Shown: positions 39,456 through 39,945 of the stretch, piece by piece
Layout of the letters: each line of letters starts with the position of its first letter
Numbering within the stretch: position 1 is the first letter of the stretch
Source: a virus
DNA: 39,945 bases
Direction: 5' to 3' (one strand)
IMG/VR virus record: IMGVR_UViG_3300027822_000008
Coordinates: 1-39,945 of that record
Notes under the pieces: generated by a model
Told to the model about the DNA's origin: nothing
Database searches by the model: none
The model's input: the letters and a program-made list of their open reading frames with translations, nothing else
Position numbers and translations under genes: made by a program

Positions 39456-39945
39456 ATTCAGCATAAAGCCCCAGGGTCAGGTGCTTGAGGATTACTATCT
39501 CAGTGACGCTGATGTCAATTTGATCCGTGGGCCGCTTGGTTCCGGCAAGACAATCATGAGCTGCTTTAAGATTTTCCGTCATATGCGCGAGGAATTTGTT
39601 GTTGAAAACACCCGGCGCTCGCGGTGGTTTGCGGTGCGAAACACCTATTCAGACCTGTTTGGCACGACCATCAAAGACTGGATGCACATATTCTCCCACC
39701 TTGGCAGGTTCAAACAGGGGAGTATGGAGCCGCCTACGCAGTACATTCTCGCGCAGCTGGAGGATGGCACGATGCTGGAGGCCGAAATCATCTTTATCGC
39801 GCTGGATCGGCCCGATCACGTGCGTAAGGCCCGAGGCACACAGGCAACCGGCATCTGGTTGAATGAAATCAAGGAGCTGAGTAAGCCTGTTGTCGATATT
39901 CTTGATCTGCGTCATGGACGCTTCCCGCTGGAATATGATCCGAAG
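39442..39945 (+). CDS. terL: Terminase large subunit, N-terminal part (runs off the window end; continues at 2-1159)
   Basis: ATG 39442 overlaps the end of terS. Translation MATLEFSIKPQGQVLEDYYLSDADVNLIRGPLGSGKT... contains Walker A. There is no stop before the window end. Absent from the ORF track because it is open-ended. Confidence 0.9.
   Translation, partial: MATLEFSIKPQGQVLEDYYLSDADVNLIRGPLGSGKTIMSCFKIFRHMREEFVVENTRRSRWFAVRNTYSDLFGTTIKDWMHIFSHLGRFKQGSMEPPTQYILAQLEDGTMLEAEIIFIALDRPDHVRKARGTQATGIWLNEIKELSKPVVDILDLRHGRFPLEYDPK
39819..39945. repeat. Terminal overlap, copy 2 (identical to 1-127)
   Basis: Same 127 nt as the window start. Confidence 0.95.

Noticed and set aside
1-39945. CRISPR arrays, transposases/IS elements, rRNA genes, toxin-antitoxin pairs
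   Set aside because: I saw no regularly spaced direct repeats, no transposase-like ORF or terminal inverted repeats, no rRNA-like sequence, and no recognisable TA family. The only repeats found are the short ones listed above.

Overview
This window is a complete tailed-phage genome, not a chromosomal fragment. Bases 1-127 are identical to bases 39819-39945, so the unique sequence is 39,818 bp and the contig closes on itself. The large terminase gene runs across the junction in one frame (N-terminal part 39442-39945, C-terminal part 2-1159). A single 97-bp control region (32793-32889) carrying a 14-bp palindrome appears to drive two divergent, tightly packed transcription units that meet tail-to-tail at 23849-23859. 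The rightward unit (32890 -> junction -> 23848, about 30.8 kb) encodes, in order: a sigma-region-4-like HTH mini-protein and small unknowns; a PAPS-reductase-family PP-loop enzyme; an O-like winged-helix protein; a NinG/Rap-like nuclease; an FtsK-gamma-like protein; small and large terminase; a podovirus-type portal and a scaffold; major capsid plus putative decoration protein (own promoter, flanked by two terminators); three putative glycan-directed virion proteins; tail tubular A/B-like proteins; four internal/ejection proteins; a beta-helix tailspike; and a lysis cassette (GH24 endolysin, 3-TM holin, spanin-like pair). The lysis cassette unexpectedly contains a 120-aa protein made of a signal peptide, collagen triplets and a YadA-type outer-membrane anchor. 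The leftward unit (32792 -> 23860, about 9 kb) starts with a vWA protein, followed by about 25 small, mostly unknown ORFs linked by ATGA-type overlaps. It also carries an Erf annealase / YqaJ exonuclease / coiled-coil recombination module and a 93-nt tRNA-like element. I see no integrase, CI/Cro pair, DNA polymerase, helicase, primase, RNA polymerase, reverse transcriptase or CRISPR array. The lipobox, YadA anchor, Shine-Dalgarno sites and sigma70-like promoters point to a Gram-negative host. All family names come from motif recognition by eye; no database search or folding program was run. Many start codons were moved from the ORF track to internal starts with better ribosome-binding sites or stop/start overlaps.
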